A stretch of 63,611 bases of DNA, filler included, from Octopus bimaculoides (taxonomy: Eukaryota), in NCBI RefSeq assembly GCF_001194135.2. It is 5 parts of 5 records of this genome, joined end to end, with 100 filler letters (N's around TTAATTAATTAA, not from the genome) between each part and the next. Parts side by side here need not be neighbours in the genome. Positions count along the whole stretch, not along the records: positions 1 to 15,393 come from NC_068985.1; 4 more parts are not named here. One strand, given 5' to 3'. Below are positions 1-12,018 of this stretch, piece after piece. The stretch's first letter is position 1, and each line of letters begins with the position of its first letter. The translations under genes were made by a program, and so were the position numbers. The notes under the pieces were generated by a model that saw nothing but the letters and a program-made list of their open reading frames with translations, had not been told where the DNA came from and searched no databases.

Positions 1-220
1 TATCCTACGTAAAATATTGTCTATGTGATCTCAAATTTTAAAGCAAACACATAATTTTCTTATGGTTTCTTAAACATTCACTTGAACAAAACTGTACAAA
101 TCCAAATATATGGTACCCTAGGCATAACACCTACATGAACTTCTAACCTGTTGTCTCTTGAGGTCTCTGGGTGAGACTTGGATCCAACTTGTACAAATGC
201 AAAACAAAAGTCAAACATAA

Positions 221-294
<74 letters not shown>
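1..294 (+). mobile_element. 3' end of an R4/Dong-like non-LTR retrotransposon with (TAA)n tail
   Basis: Bases 2-28 read ILRKILSM*, resembling the C-terminus of R4/Dong ORFs (..GTAHILRKVL). About 190 bp of 3'UTR follows, then a (TAA)n run at about 221-294. Confidence 0.65.
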
Positions 295-357
295 GTGTTA
301 AATGCAAACGTAAACAGACTGTATATGAAAAGAAAGAATGGTGACAGAGGATTGATT
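295..357 (+). mobile_element. Short R4/Dong-like RT C-terminal fragment
   Basis: 301-357 translates NANVNRLYMKRKNGDRGLI. This is homologous to NSDVDHLYLKRKQGSRGLT in the Dong element at about 58625-58685. Confidence 0.6.
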
Positions 358-765
358 CGCGAACTTTTTGGGCCATGGCTCCTCTTCATGGCCACATAAT
401 ACCCTCAGCGCCCCCACCCTTATTTTATGTATAAATAAATATTTTATATTTTACTAATTTATATATACTATGAATCATTTGATATTTAATATATTATATA
501 ATTTGTATACAACACTATAATAATATCGTAATAAATTCATAGCGTCCTCCAATCCACTGCCTTCTTCCCAACGCGTCCTTTTTCTCTACCGCTTCCCCCA
601 TCGCCCCTTAGGTACCAGCGCCTACTGTCTCAACACCCACCGAGGGGCGGTAGAACCTACATTGAGGACCTATAGTTTAGACCTTTCTATAAGGAGTGAA
701 TGAAGAACGCTTGCCGAGTATTTGATAAATAGTGAGGAAGATCTGCTGCAATATACCGGGACCTA

Positions 766-808
<43 letters not shown>

Positions 809-836
809 GTTGTTGTTGTTGTTGTTGTTGTTGTTC

Positions 837-921
<85 letters not shown>
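766..921. repeat. (TTA)n/(TTG)n microsatellite
   Basis: Directly visible trinucleotide arrays. Confidence 0.95.
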
Positions 922-923
<2 letters not shown>

Positions 924-1124
924 AGTGGCGAGCTGGGAGAATGTTAGCACGCTGAACGAAGTCCTAAGCGATATTTCGTCTGTCTTTACGTTCTGAGTTC
1001 AAATTCCACCGAGGTCGACTTTGCCTTTCGGCATTGATATATTAAGAAACAGTGGTGTCGATGTAATCGACTAGCCCCCTCCACCACAATTTCAGGCCTT
1101 GCCTTTTTAGTAGAAAGGGTTATT
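922..1124 (+). mobile_element. SINE family A (tRNA-like head, Nin/Deu-like core), type-1 tail
   Basis: Head GGCGAGCTGG..GAATGTTAGCACGC, B-box-like GAGTTCAAATTCC, core GTCGACTTTGCCTTTC..GTCGATGTAATCGACT, tail AATTTCAGGCCTTG..TAGTAGAAAGGGTTATT. At least 14 similar copies occur in the window. Confidence 0.85.
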
Positions 1125-1700
1125 ACCTCCGCCTTAGTGAAGGTGGAGGTATTGTTTTTAGTCGTGCTTCTTTGTTTGTTTGTCTGTGGACAAGATATCT
1201 CAAGAACCGCTGGATGGATTCGGATAAAACTTTCAGAGATGTTTGGCATCGTGTCTAGCACGAACTGATTAGATTCGGATTATTTTTTGTTATGCTTACT
1301 TTACATGATTACGATCTTACGTTAACTTTCAAGTCTTTCGCAATTATCTCCCATTAGGTTGTAACTACTTTGAATGCTGAATTTGTTAACTTTGGCTTGT
1401 ATTAGATAACGATAAACTATTTATTACTGTGACTATATTTTCTACAACCACCTTCACATTCCATGACTACCTTTGGGGTCGATCAGGTACCGGACAAGGA
1501 TTCTGGATTATTTTTCCGTTTTTTTTTTTTTTTTTTACTTAATTTTTGAGAGCGGTCGGGTTCATTTTTTAGTATTCTCATTTGTGAGAGCAGTCGAGTT
1601 TATTTCAGATATTCCCATTTAAAAAATCATCTCTGGTTAATCGTTGAGAGGACATTGGTGTCGTTTATGCGGAGCTTTGCGCTCTCTGAGTGGTCTTGTT
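1121..1700 (+). mobile_element. Helentron/HINE (DINE-1-like) non-autonomous element
   Basis: 5' TTATTACCTCCGCC forms a hairpin with AAGGTGGAGGT (1125-1150), followed by a TTTG/TCTG microsatellite. There are internal ~40-bp repeats at about 1540-1620 and a 3' GCGGAGCTTTGCGCTCTCTGAGTG..TTGTT end. Confidence 0.6.
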
Positions 1701-3599
1701 ATTATATTTATGTTCGTAAAATTTATTTCTCATGTTGTAATGAAACAATTGTAACTTCAGAATTAAAAATAATCTCATAAACTACAGTCTCTTTTTTCAT
1801 ATATATATATATATATATCCTCAGACTAATATAGTTGTTCAAGAATTTTAACTTTCATGTATAGTTTTATCCTTAAAGATTAAACATCTCCATATATGCA
1901 AATCATAGCTGGAACTTGCTGAAGTGCCTCAGGTGGGAAGCTGTATTATGTACAAACGCTTTTGATCGTTAGATTTTTTAGCGCTGCTATGTTTGGCAAG
2001 CACCTCCTACAGAGCTTCTCGGTTTACAGTATGAACGTCATGTGCTGATGATAGAAAGTTATGTAAAATTGTTCGCGTTCCCACAACATTTTTCTTTTTT
2101 GCAAGCGTGCACAGAATCTCATATCAAAAGTATTTTGGGATAGCCAAAGACCAGACCAGATTGAAATTGTTGAGTGTACGATAATTGCGTGAGTCCTGTG
2201 AGCAGGTTTTTAACCGGTTTTTTTTTTAGTAGTTGACAAATGCGAGATACTTTCTTTGTTTTCAGTATCTCATTTTTCTCCCTTTCAGAAAAGTTAATAA
2301 TGTTTATATCTCTGATACAATCAGCTTTATCCTCTTGCGTTTAGATTAGAAGAAATAGTACATAAAGCTTTGTTGTTAGTGTTTCGTTTCCAAACTGATA
2401 TACCTTAACCAGATTTTCATCAAACCTAGGTGGTTCATTTTTTCAAATAATGATTCGTTTATTTTTTCTACCATGTCAAGTGATGTAGTTTCATTGTTCA
2501 CCATGCGACTTTGCTCATGGCCATCTGAAGAAATATATTATCCACAGCAGCATAGAGTTTTGGCCCAATGGTTTCAGCTAACTGAATTATACAATTTATA
2601 TTCTAACTTCTGGAACATAGTACTTTTTCTTCCATTCATTATCACTAACATATACATGTGCATATATGTAAACATTCATATGTGTATCTATTTATCCATG
2701 CATATATATATATATATATANNNNNNNNNNNNNNNNNNNNNNNNNNNNNNNNNNNNNNNNNNNNNNNNNNNNNNNNNNNNNNNNNNNNNNNNNNNNNNNN
2801 NNNNNNNNNNNNNNNNNNNNNNNNNNNNNNNNNNNNNNNNNNNNNNNNNNNNNNNNNNNNNNNNNNNNNNNNNNNNNNNNNNNNNNNNNNNNNNNNNNNN
2901 NNNNNNNNNNNNNNNNNNNNNNNNNNNNNNNNNNNNNNNNNNNNNNNNNNNNNNNNNNNNNNNNNNNNNNNNNNNNNNNNNNNNNNNNNNNNNNNNNNNN
3001 NNNNNNNNNNNNNNNNNNNNNNNNNNNNNNNNNNNNNNNNNNNNNNNNNNNNNNNNNNNNNNNNNNNNNNNNNNNNNNNNNNNNNNNNNNNNNNNNNNNN
3101 NNNNNNNNNNNNNNNNNNNNNNNNNNNNNNNNNNNNNNNNNNNNNNNNNNNNNNNNNNNNNNNNNNNNNNNNNNNNNNNNNNNNNNNNNNNNNNNNNNNN
3201 NNNNNNNNNNNNNNNNNNNNNNNNNNNNNNNNNNNNNNNNNNNNNNNNNNNNNNNNNNNNNNNNNNNNNNNNNNNNNNNNNNNNNNNNNNNNNNNNNNNN
3301 NNNNNNNNNNNNNNNNNNNNNNNNNNNNNNNNNNNNNNNNNNNNNNNNNNNNNNNNNNNNNNNNNNNNNNNNNNNNNNNNNNNNNNNNNNNNNNNNNNNN
3401 NNNNNNNNNNNNNNNNNNNNNNNNNNNNNNNNNNNNNNNNNNNNNNNNNNNNNNNNNNNNNNNNNNNNNNNNNNNNNNNNNNNNCAGGTTCTGGACATTT
3501 TAGTGGTTAGTTTATTTATCTATCTATCTATTTATTTATTTATTTAATGTTAACAGTGTGATGGAGGGTAGTAAAGAAATAGAGAAAAAAAGTGTCTAT

Positions 3600-3915
3600 A
3601 TTTAGAGAGATTAGAGGAAGAGAGAGAGAGAGAGAGAGAGAGAATGTTCGTGTCTATTCGAGAGGTTGAGAGGGAGAGAGAGAGAGAATGTTCGTGTCTA
3701 TTTGAGAGGCTGAGAGAAGAAAGACGTTGTGATAGAGAGAAGTGAAAAGACAGAGAGAGAGAGGGGGGTATATATTTATGATAAAGGTTGAGGGTCTGGG
3801 AGAAGAAAGGCTGTGTTAGGGAGAAGTGAAGAGAAGAAATAGAGAAGAGAGAGAAAGATTGTGTCAGGAGAAAAGTAAAGAGAAAGAGAGAGTGTCTGTG
3901 TCTATGTATTTATAG

Positions 3916-3975
<60 letters not shown>

Positions 3976-4130
3976 AGTGAAGAGAAGAACAGTGGAAGAG
4001 AGATTAAGGGTCTGAGAGAAGAATTATGGGATGATGGAATGAACTAAAAAGATAGAGAGTGTATCTACGTATTTAGAGAGAAGCAATAGAGAAAGTGGGG
4101 AATGATGGAGAAGAGAGCGAGAGAGAGAAG
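3600..4130. repeat. (GA)n-rich low-complexity region
   Basis: Visible GA runs, with a repeated GAGAATGTTCGTGTCTATT motif at about 3640 and 3685. Confidence 0.9.
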
Positions 4131-4845
4131 TTATATAAACTCTTGAAAAAGGATTCGACTTGGATAGGGGAAAATAAATAAATAAATAAAGGAACAAACA
4201 ATTATTATATATCTGTAAATAAAGAAATTCTCTTAAATCATGAATAATGAAAGTNNNNNNNNNNNNNNNNNNNNNNNNNNNNNNNNNNNNNNNNNNNNNN
4301 NNNNNNNNNNNNNNNNNNNNNNNNNNNNNNNNNNNNNNNNNNNNNNNNNNNNNNTATGTATTTATCATTTCAGTGATTCTAGTATTTTTTTTTTTTCAAG
4401 TAGGAACTCTAATGGTAATGCAGAGACAACCTCCTACCACGAGTGTCGTGACTTGCTTTTAGTTCCTACTTGTAATGTTCGTAGCTAATGGCTTCAGAAT
4501 GTATTAATGTCGAAAATTCTCTTTTCTGATTTTTTTTTTCCCTACTTCTAAATTTTAAATTTTGTACTTGTGTAAACAGATCGAAAGAAATCAAACGAAA
4601 CTCTGAACATAAACAAAGAAAGAATCATAGCTGCTCAATTCTAAATAACAAAAATAATATTCATTGAACACTGTCGGTTGTTTAGTAAAATCTCAGTGTT
4701 GCGTATCAATTTTCCCGTGGAAAAATGGCGAAATAGTTCAAACAGGATACTCTAGACACTTTCTAAGAAATAAGGATTTATAGAAACATGTTGGACCTCG
4801 TAATATATGCAAGCATTGCAAAGTTAACAAAATCATTTGCAAATA

Positions 4846-5113
4846 TAGAGGGTGGCGCATGAAAAAATAATTCGGGTTCCATAGCATAACACAGAAATAG
4901 ATTTACATACACGAAAAAGCATCCACCCTTTCGTTTGAATGTCATTGCATTATTTCTATGGCTAGTGCGCCATTTTCTTCAGTAGTTACAAGCGGTCAAG
5001 ATAACACAATGATACAAATGAAAGGCTGAGTGCTTTTTCGTGTGTGTAAATTTATTTCTATATTTAAACTATGCTATGGAACCCGTACTACTTTTTTTGT
5101 GCGTCACCTTGTA
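4846..5113. mobile_element. Tc1/mariner-type MITE (~40-bp TIRs, TA flanks)
   Basis: Left TA|GAGGGTGGCGCATGAAAAAATAATTCGGGTTCCATAGCAT matches the reverse complement of the right end ATGCTATGGAACCCGTACTACTTTTTTTGTGCGTCACCTTG|TA. Confidence 0.7.
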
Positions 5114-5220
5114 TAATGTTATTTCTGAAAAACTTTTTTGAGTTGTTATGTTTTTCATCAGAATTTGGTGATTTGATACATCGTTAGCTGAAAATAGATT
5201 TTCATACCAGATATAGGCGA

Positions 5221-5627
5221 AGGTGTGGCTGTGTGGTAAGAAGCTTGCTTCCCAACCACATGGCTCCGGGTTCAGTCCAACTGCGTGGCACCTTGGGCTA
5301 GTCTATAGCCTCGGGCCAACGTAAGGCCTTGTGAGTGGATTTGGTAGACGGAAACTGAAAGAAGCTCGTCCTATATACTCATGTATATATCTATGCGTAT
5401 CTGCCTTTGTAACTGTGCTTGTCACCCCATCACTGGTTGACAACTGGCGTTGATGTGTTAATGTGTTTACGTGCTGGTAATTTATCAGTTCAGCAAGAGA
5501 CGGATAGAATAACTACTAGGCTTACGAAAAAAGTCCTGGGATCGACTTGTTCGACTAAAACCCTTCAAGGCGGTACTCCAGCATGGCTGCAGTCAAATAA
5601 CTGAAACAAGTAAAAGAATAAAAGAAT
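5221..5627 (+). mobile_element. SINE family B, near full length
   Basis: tRNA-like head with A box TGGCTGTGTGG and B box GGTTCAGTCC, core CCTTGGGC..GTGAGTGGATTTGGTAGACGGAAACTGAAAGAAG, internal TA-rich spacer, and tail GGCGGTACTCCAGCATGGCTGCAGTCAAATAACTGAAACAAGTAAAAGA. Confidence 0.9.
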
Positions 5628-5634
5628 AGATACA

Positions 5635-5748
5635 TATGTGTGTGTGTGCGTATGGTATATACTGAGAATGAGATTTACTATACATATACATATATATACA
5701 CACACACACTCACATATATATACATACACACACATACATACAGTGTTT

Positions 5749-5838
<90 letters not shown>

Positions 5839-5940
5839 AGACAGACAGACAGACAGACAGGCAGGCAGGCAGGCAGGCAGGTAGACAGACAGGCAGGCAG
5901 GCAGGTAGACAGACAGGCAGACAGTCAGGCAGACAGACAG
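5635..5940. repeat. Compound microsatellite (TG/CA/TA/GA/CAGA/CAGG)
   Basis: Directly visible. Confidence 0.9.
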
Positions 5941-6413
5941 TGTCTATATTTACGACTCATCTACATCTCGTTATATGTATAAGGACAATGACTTGTATTT
6001 GTATCTTGCATTTTTGTCTCTTTTAAATTCATTTTAATTATACTCTGATATTAGAGCTGAGAGTTAGTTCTAGGCTACAGTCAATCCGTTGAATATTTAT
6101 GATACTGTTTATATAATACTCGGAAGGAACCATATTATATCTGCATTTTATCTGTAAACTACACTAGTAGCCTCTAAACTGAACGCCGGTTGATGCTAAG
6201 CAAAGGTTGCATCAGAAGATTGCCTAGTATTTACTTTAGAACGTAACAAAGTCCATTGGATGGAGTCGGACTTGCAACTCACCAACTTGATTATAGATCT
6301 CTGTATACCCATAAAAACCATAATTCTAATTTTTGCTTTAGATGATGAAGAACAAGAAAACTGGAATAAGACTTAAACAGTCATATCGGGAAATTTCTGA
6401 ACGACAGCTAAAT

Positions 6414-6602
6414 AATAATATATCCTTTCTACTATAGGTACAAAGCCTGTGATTTGTGGAATGTGGGCTAGTCGATTACATCAATACCAGTGCTCGATTT
6501 GTGCTTATTTTTAACGGACCCGAAAAGATGAACGGTGATATTTAAACTCAGAATGTAATATGCTAGAAAACATGCCGGTGTGTTAACGATTCCGCCGCCT
6601 TT
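6414..6602 (-). mobile_element. SINE family A, degenerate, type-1 tail
   Basis: TATCCTTTCTACTATAGGTACAAAGCCTG..CTAGTCGATTACATC..AACTCAGAA..TTAACGATTCCGCCGCC is the reverse complement of family A. Confidence 0.7.
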
Positions 6603-7157
6603 GAAAACGAAATAATTATATAGTAACACAAAAAAAAGTTTCTGAAACATACCAGAAGAAATGCGATGAATTTGAAGACGTTATATACAAGTTATTTCTC
6701 CAAAATGTAATGCACTCAACTATTTAAACAGGAAGAACTATTATCGGTTGTACAGACGACTCACAATCAGAAACATGAGGTAAACTTAAGTAACTGTAAG
6801 TATTGGCTATCACTTGATTTGTGCACTGGTTAAGCGAATACAAGCATGCCTTCTCACGGCTGGACAATTTACAGCCAAAGAGTCTAATGACGAATCTATT
6901 TGAAGTGTTGTCTAGAATTAGCAAATGGTATTTAAGCAGAGGGGAGAAATCTTGAGATTAATTCATGAGGACAGTGAAAATATGTGTGAAATGAATAAAT
7001 AGACAGCTATCACTATCATTAGTACAGTTGTCATCAACACACTTGTCGCCAGTCATTTACACGCATCAGGCAGCCACTCTAACATTACTGTGGTCTTTGC
7101 CATTATAACTAACACCATCATAACTAAATCACTATCGCAATTATTACCAATAGCCGG

Positions 7158-7466
7158 GGCACTCCGTCGGTTACGACGGTAAGTATTCCAGTTGATCTGA
7201 CCAACTATTCATGAAATTAACATACATGTGACTGAGCACTCCACAACACAAGTACTCACAGTTCCCAGGGAAATTCAGCGTGACATACCGGATGTGACAA
7301 GGTTGGGCAACTGAAATACAGGCTCATCTCATTTTATCCAGCTAAGTGAGCTGAAGCCACGTGAAATGAAGTGTCTTGATCAAGAGCACAGCGCATCACT
7401 AGGAATCGAACTTACTACTTTACGCTCGTGACTCGAATACACTGACCATCACGCCACGAGCCATCT
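7158..7466 (-). mobile_element. SINE family C (tRNA head, CCTTGAGCAAGACACT core, tail shared with family D)
   Basis: Reverse complement of the tail GGAGTGCC and ..GTGCTCAGTCAC, and of the head/core GTGTCTTGATCAAGAGCACA..GAATCGAAC. Confidence 0.75.
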
Positions 7467-7634
7467 CATTGCCAATAGCACAATAATACGCGTGCATGCA
7501 AGCACACACACACATACTCACAAACTTTCTCACTCTCTCACACATACACACACTGTCTTACACACAGACACACACACGCACTCGCATATACACAGACATA
7601 CACACGTATGCGACCCCTCAGCATCATTACCATA

Positions 7635-7835
7635 ACTACTAGAAATTTTTTCCCTGGTCTCTCGACTAGTTAAAAGCTGTAGTTAAATCTCCCTCACATA
7701 CCAAACTATCATCTTGAAACGGAGGTATACATTAGGCAATGCCGTCCTAAATTTACAAGAAAAAATGGGTGGGAATCCCTCGATGATAAATTTCTTCGAC
7801 TAGGGCTGATCTGGGGCTAAACATCATCATCATCA
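7635..7835 (+). mobile_element. Repeat family F (SINE-like, ends GCTGATCTGGGGCTAAACAWCAWC)
   Basis: The same body/tail recurs at about 8050-8145, 17440-17660, 20030-20100, 39345-39545, 40495-40700, 42040-42160, 49660-49885 and inverted at 54690-54800 (motif CTGCTAGAAATAGCAGCCAAATCTCCCTC). Confidence 0.55.
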
Positions 7836-8247
7836 TTAACAACAGAAACAACAAAAGCAGTACCAGCAACCACTCCACTTCGTAACCATTGATGGTCACG
7901 TTAAATTTCTTCCAACCACTTAAAGTTTTTCTAATTTTCACCAGATTATTATCAAAGAATGAAGTTCTGACGCATGAAGATGACGAAAGTCGCATTCATA
8001 TTATCAACTCTTTGTTGTCATGGAAATCAGCAGACACCAAAGACGAAACCTTTACGTGGTCTATCAAACTGCTAGAAATGGCAGCCAACTCTCCCTTAAA
8101 CTACACCATAATGTCTAAAACACGGAAAGGATCACATATTATATAATGTAGATGAGGGTGTTGCTTTTCTCATTCATAATTATGCATTAGTGCCCTAATT
8201 ATAATTAGAGCACCTAATGTAATCATTAGCACATTGTACGTACTAAT

Positions 8248-8460
8248 GGTTTCAAATTTTGGCACAAGGCCAGTAATTTCGGGAGAGGGGTAGGTTGAGT
8301 ACATCGACCCCGGTGCTCAACTGGTATTTACTTTATCGAACCCGAAAGGATGAAAGACGAGGTAGACCTCGACGGAATTTGAACTCAGAACATAAGGACG
8401 GACGAAATGCTGCCAAGCATTTTGGTTGGCGTGCTAACGATTCTGCCACTTCGCCGCTTT
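8248..8460 (-). mobile_element. SINE family A, type-2 tail
   Basis: The reverse complement starts AAAGCGGCGAAGTGGCAGAATCGTTAGCACGCC and ends CTGGCCTTGTGCCAAAATTTGAAACC. Confidence 0.85.
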
Positions 8461-8474
8461 ACATCGCATGTATT

Positions 8475-8643
8475 AATAACCCTTTCTACTATAGGCACAA
8501 GGCCTGAAATTTGGGGCGGAGGACTAGTCGATTACATCGACCCCAGTGTTTCACTAGTACTTAATTCATCGACTCCGAAAGGATGAAAGGCAAAGTCGAC
8601 TTCAGCGGAATTTGAACTCAGACGTAGTGTCAGACGAAATACC
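8475..8643 (-). mobile_element. SINE family A, type-1 tail, 5' part replaced by a Tx1 LINE
   Basis: The reverse complement begins at GGTATTTCGTCTG, retains the B box GAGTTCAAATTCC, and ends CAGGCCTTGTGCCTATAGTAGAAAGGGTTATT. Confidence 0.85.
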
Positions 8644-10495
8644 AATTTCTTTATTGCCCACCGGGGTCTAAACATAGAAATGGACAGAACAACTAATGGG
8701 ATCAATAAATCGGTATGATTTTACATAAAGTATGACTTTAAAATTAAATAGAATATATAAAAAATCGAATGAAATTAACAATACAGGGACAATACAAATG
8801 AAACGATGAGCAGACCACGCTCCGACCCCACAAGTCCCGATCTATCACTGGTACCTTTTTTTTTTTGTTCTTTTTTTTTTTTCGTCTATTCACACGGTTG
8901 GTTTCCCACACAACACTCGTGCATCATGCTTCCATGTATTTTGACACGTACACTCCGGCAGACATCTCTTCTCCAGCCACACCTTCCTCTTCAAATGAAA
9001 AGTAAAAAATGATCGTAAATTGTGGCCAGAGATAAAGTTGCTTGTCTTAATTCTTTTTATCCTAGTCTTCCATACTGCTTCTTTCGCTATTGCTACAACC
9101 GTGAGAAAACAATTCTTACCTTCGTTTGTTAAAACTCCCAGTGGGTCAATTTTTATGAGTGACTCCGTCGACAGCTGTACTCTTTCTTCGCCGGACAACA
9201 GGTGTTCAGCATAAGCCCACATTTCAGGTATCTCTGGACACTGAACAATAGCGTGAGGGATGGTTTCCTTACGGGCTCTTTATGCCATTCACTCGACCTC
9301 GGTCTACGAGAACACCAGGCTTCCTGTTCACAAAAACTTTTGAACTCGGGAAACATTTGTCTGGCCAACGGAGACCACACCCGTTCACTAGCCAGGAGAA
9401 TCCAGAGGTGCCTCAATCTCAACGCATGCCTGCGCATCATTAACCAAGGCATCCCTAAACCTCCCTTTAAATGCTTTTGACAGCAGACAGAGCGTTTCAC
9501 AAGTGGCGACCTACCCTTCAGCAGAAAGCGAAAAAGCTGTCTCTCCAGCCCGATCAACCACGAATCCGGACAGGGCACGACGGTCAGGCGGTAGGTAATG
9601 ACAGATGCGATAAACACATTGGCCACTTCCGCCCTCTCTTTCAGGGATAGCCACCGCCAAGACCAGATCTTGACTACTGCAGCCAGTCTGCTCAATATCT
9701 CCGTCCAGTTCTTCTCTATTTGGAGGCCTGGTCCAAACCAATCTCCCAGCAACTTAACCGGTCCCTCCATCCAGCGCCCAACAACGCTGTCTGAAGGCAT
9801 CGACTTGCCAACCCAGGTGCCGAGCTGCAAGTCGACCGACTTTTCCCGGTTACTCTTTGCTCCTGCCACCTCCTCGTAAGCCTCAATAGTCTTACCCACT
9901 TCTCGTAGGCGTGCTACTGAGGTTACGCTGATAGTGATATCATCCGCGTAAGCCGTAACAAACGCCTCTAGACCTGGTTCTCTCGGAATTCCACGCAACC
10001 TTCGCAGTAGGGGCTCGAGAGCCACCACATACAAAAGTGGTGAGAGCGGACATCCTTGACGAACCGACCGTCTGATGCAGAACGGCTTCGAAAGGAAACC
10101 GTTCACCCGAACTATCGAGTCAATGTTGTGGTACAAAGCGATAAACCACCTGAGGAAGCCAAGGCCCAGGCCGAACCGCGCAAGCACAGTCGCCAGGTAT
10201 CGATGGTCAACCCTATAAAAAGCCTTAGACTAGTCCAAATGTAACAGTGCCCCACCTTTGCCAGATTTATTACCAACCCTCTTTATCGTATAGCGGATAA
10301 GATGGAGGGTATCCTGAATGGTTCTGCCTGGGATGGCACATGTCTGTGCCTCCCCGACTATTGCATTCGTGACACGCGCCAAACTTTTCGCTAAGACCTT
10401 TGCCAAAATCTTCATTTCTGCATTTAACAGTGTGATGGGCCTGAAATTCTCTAAAATGTCCCTCTTGTGCGGGTCTTTTCTGACCAACGTCACTT
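8644..10495 (-). mobile_element. 5'-truncated, degenerate Tx1/L1-clade LINE (RT domain, partial CCHC, 3'UTR)
   Basis: ENFRPITLLNAEMKILAKVLA..LD*SKAFYRVDH (in-frame TAG at 10230-10232), VRQGCPLSPLLY, AYADDIT, GGLGMPWL. A deletion/frameshift near 9270 leaves only ETIPHAIVQC of the zinc knuckle. The ORF stops at about 8890. The 3'UTR ends AATAAAGAAATT at 8644. Confidence 0.9.
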
Positions 10496-10621
10496 TCGCA
10501 TAATCACCGAACCTGGAGCTTAACTATGGTCTGTCCATAGCACTTACTCAGCATTACCTGACACTTTTGAGTCTTCTTGACACAATTACCTCTCATAACC
10601 TATATATATATATATATACGC

Positions 10622-10661
<40 letters not shown>

Positions 10662-10914
10662 ACACACACACACNNNNNNNNNNNNNNNNNNNNNNNNNNN
10701 NNNNNNNNNNNNNNNNNNNNNNNNNNNNNNNNNNNNNNNNNNNNNNNNNNNNNNNNNNNNNNNNNNNNNNNNNNNNNNNNNNNNNNNNNNNNNNNNNNNN
10801 NNNNNNNNNNNNNNNNNNNNNNNNNNNNNNNNNNNNNNNNNNNNNNNNNNNNNNNNNNNNNNNNNNNNNNNNNNNNNNNNNNNNNNNNNNNNNNNNNNNN
10901 NATATATATATATA

Positions 10915-11359
10915 TATACAAAAAATTTATAATTATAAGCATAATTATAGTTAGGGTTCAGCAAAATTGCTTCACCACATACCGAAATTTAGAAATAGCA
11001 GTTAAATACTATTCCACTACCACAAGATATCTCCCACACAGCAATACTCCCAACTCACGCTGGCAAAGAGAGAAAATAACGAATCCACCCGGTTTTGATC
11101 AACTACATACTCGCTTCTGGATTAAAGAGATGTAAAATATCATTTTTTACTCACTTATTTCCGTCTTCAGTATAGTATTTCAATTAATAAATTCGAAAGC
11201 ACTTATAATTAAAATATGTATTCGACCAAGCGGTGTCTGGGAGATATCTTGTGGTAGTGGAATAGTACTTAACTGCTATTTCTAAATTTCGGTATGTGGT
11301 GAAGTAATTTTGCTGAACCCTAATTATAATTATGCATATAATTATGAAATTTTTGTATA
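10915..11359. mobile_element. MITE with ~125-bp terminal inverted repeats
   Basis: 10915-11040 is the near-perfect reverse complement of 11234-11359 (e.g. TTAGGGTTCAGCAAAATTGCTTCACCACATACCGAAATTTAGAAATAGCAGTTAA). A related single arm lies at about 28665-28890. Confidence 0.8.
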
Positions 11360-11450
11360 AGTTTACCGATAATTGTTCTTTTAATATACCGAGCAACTTG
11401 GTAAAATTATGGATTATTAATTTTACCCTATATCAGTACATATATATATA

Positions 11451-12018
11451 CTCAAGATCACATCTCCTCTAGCCGGTTAACGATGGACAGCTGCATCCGA
11501 TAAAACTACGAGCAGGGGAACGAACACCTACCATCTCCTAGCGACCGATCGGATTCCTCTTGCTGTTAAAAAATCGAAGTAGAGTCCGCTCGAACGGACA
11601 GCCATGTTAAAGTGGCTACGAATATTACTTGTTAGTACAACTACTGCGTTAATCTCTTAGAGAGATTTTAGAACCAGCATTTTTGCTTGTCGCAAAATCA
11701 GCAACTGTGTGTTCGCTTGAAATATACGTATTGCTATTATTTCTAACAGAGAGGTGTCCAGTACTGAGGAGTGGCAGAAATAGCCCGTAACCAGGACTGG
11801 TCTACTGGGCCCGTCGCTAGGAGATGGTAGGGATTCGCTTCCCTGCTCGCAATTTTATCAGATACAGCTGTGCATCGTTAGCCAACTAGAGGAGATGTCC
11901 TCTTGTGGTTAAAATATCGCAGAAGAGTCCACCATGTTAATGTGGCTCCAAATATTACTTGCCAGTACAACTACTGCGTTAATCTCTTAGAAAGATTTTA
12001 GAACTTGCATTTTTGCTT
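11451..12018. repeat. Compound inverted plus direct repeat (A-B-C-A'-B)
   Basis: A (11460-11545) is the reverse complement of 11813-11898. B (11556-11688) is directly repeated at 11899-12018. Confidence 0.85.

Noticed and set aside
9153-10493. Active LINE reverse transcriptase gene
   Set aside because: It has an in-frame stop, an internal deletion, 5' truncation and no endonuclease domain.
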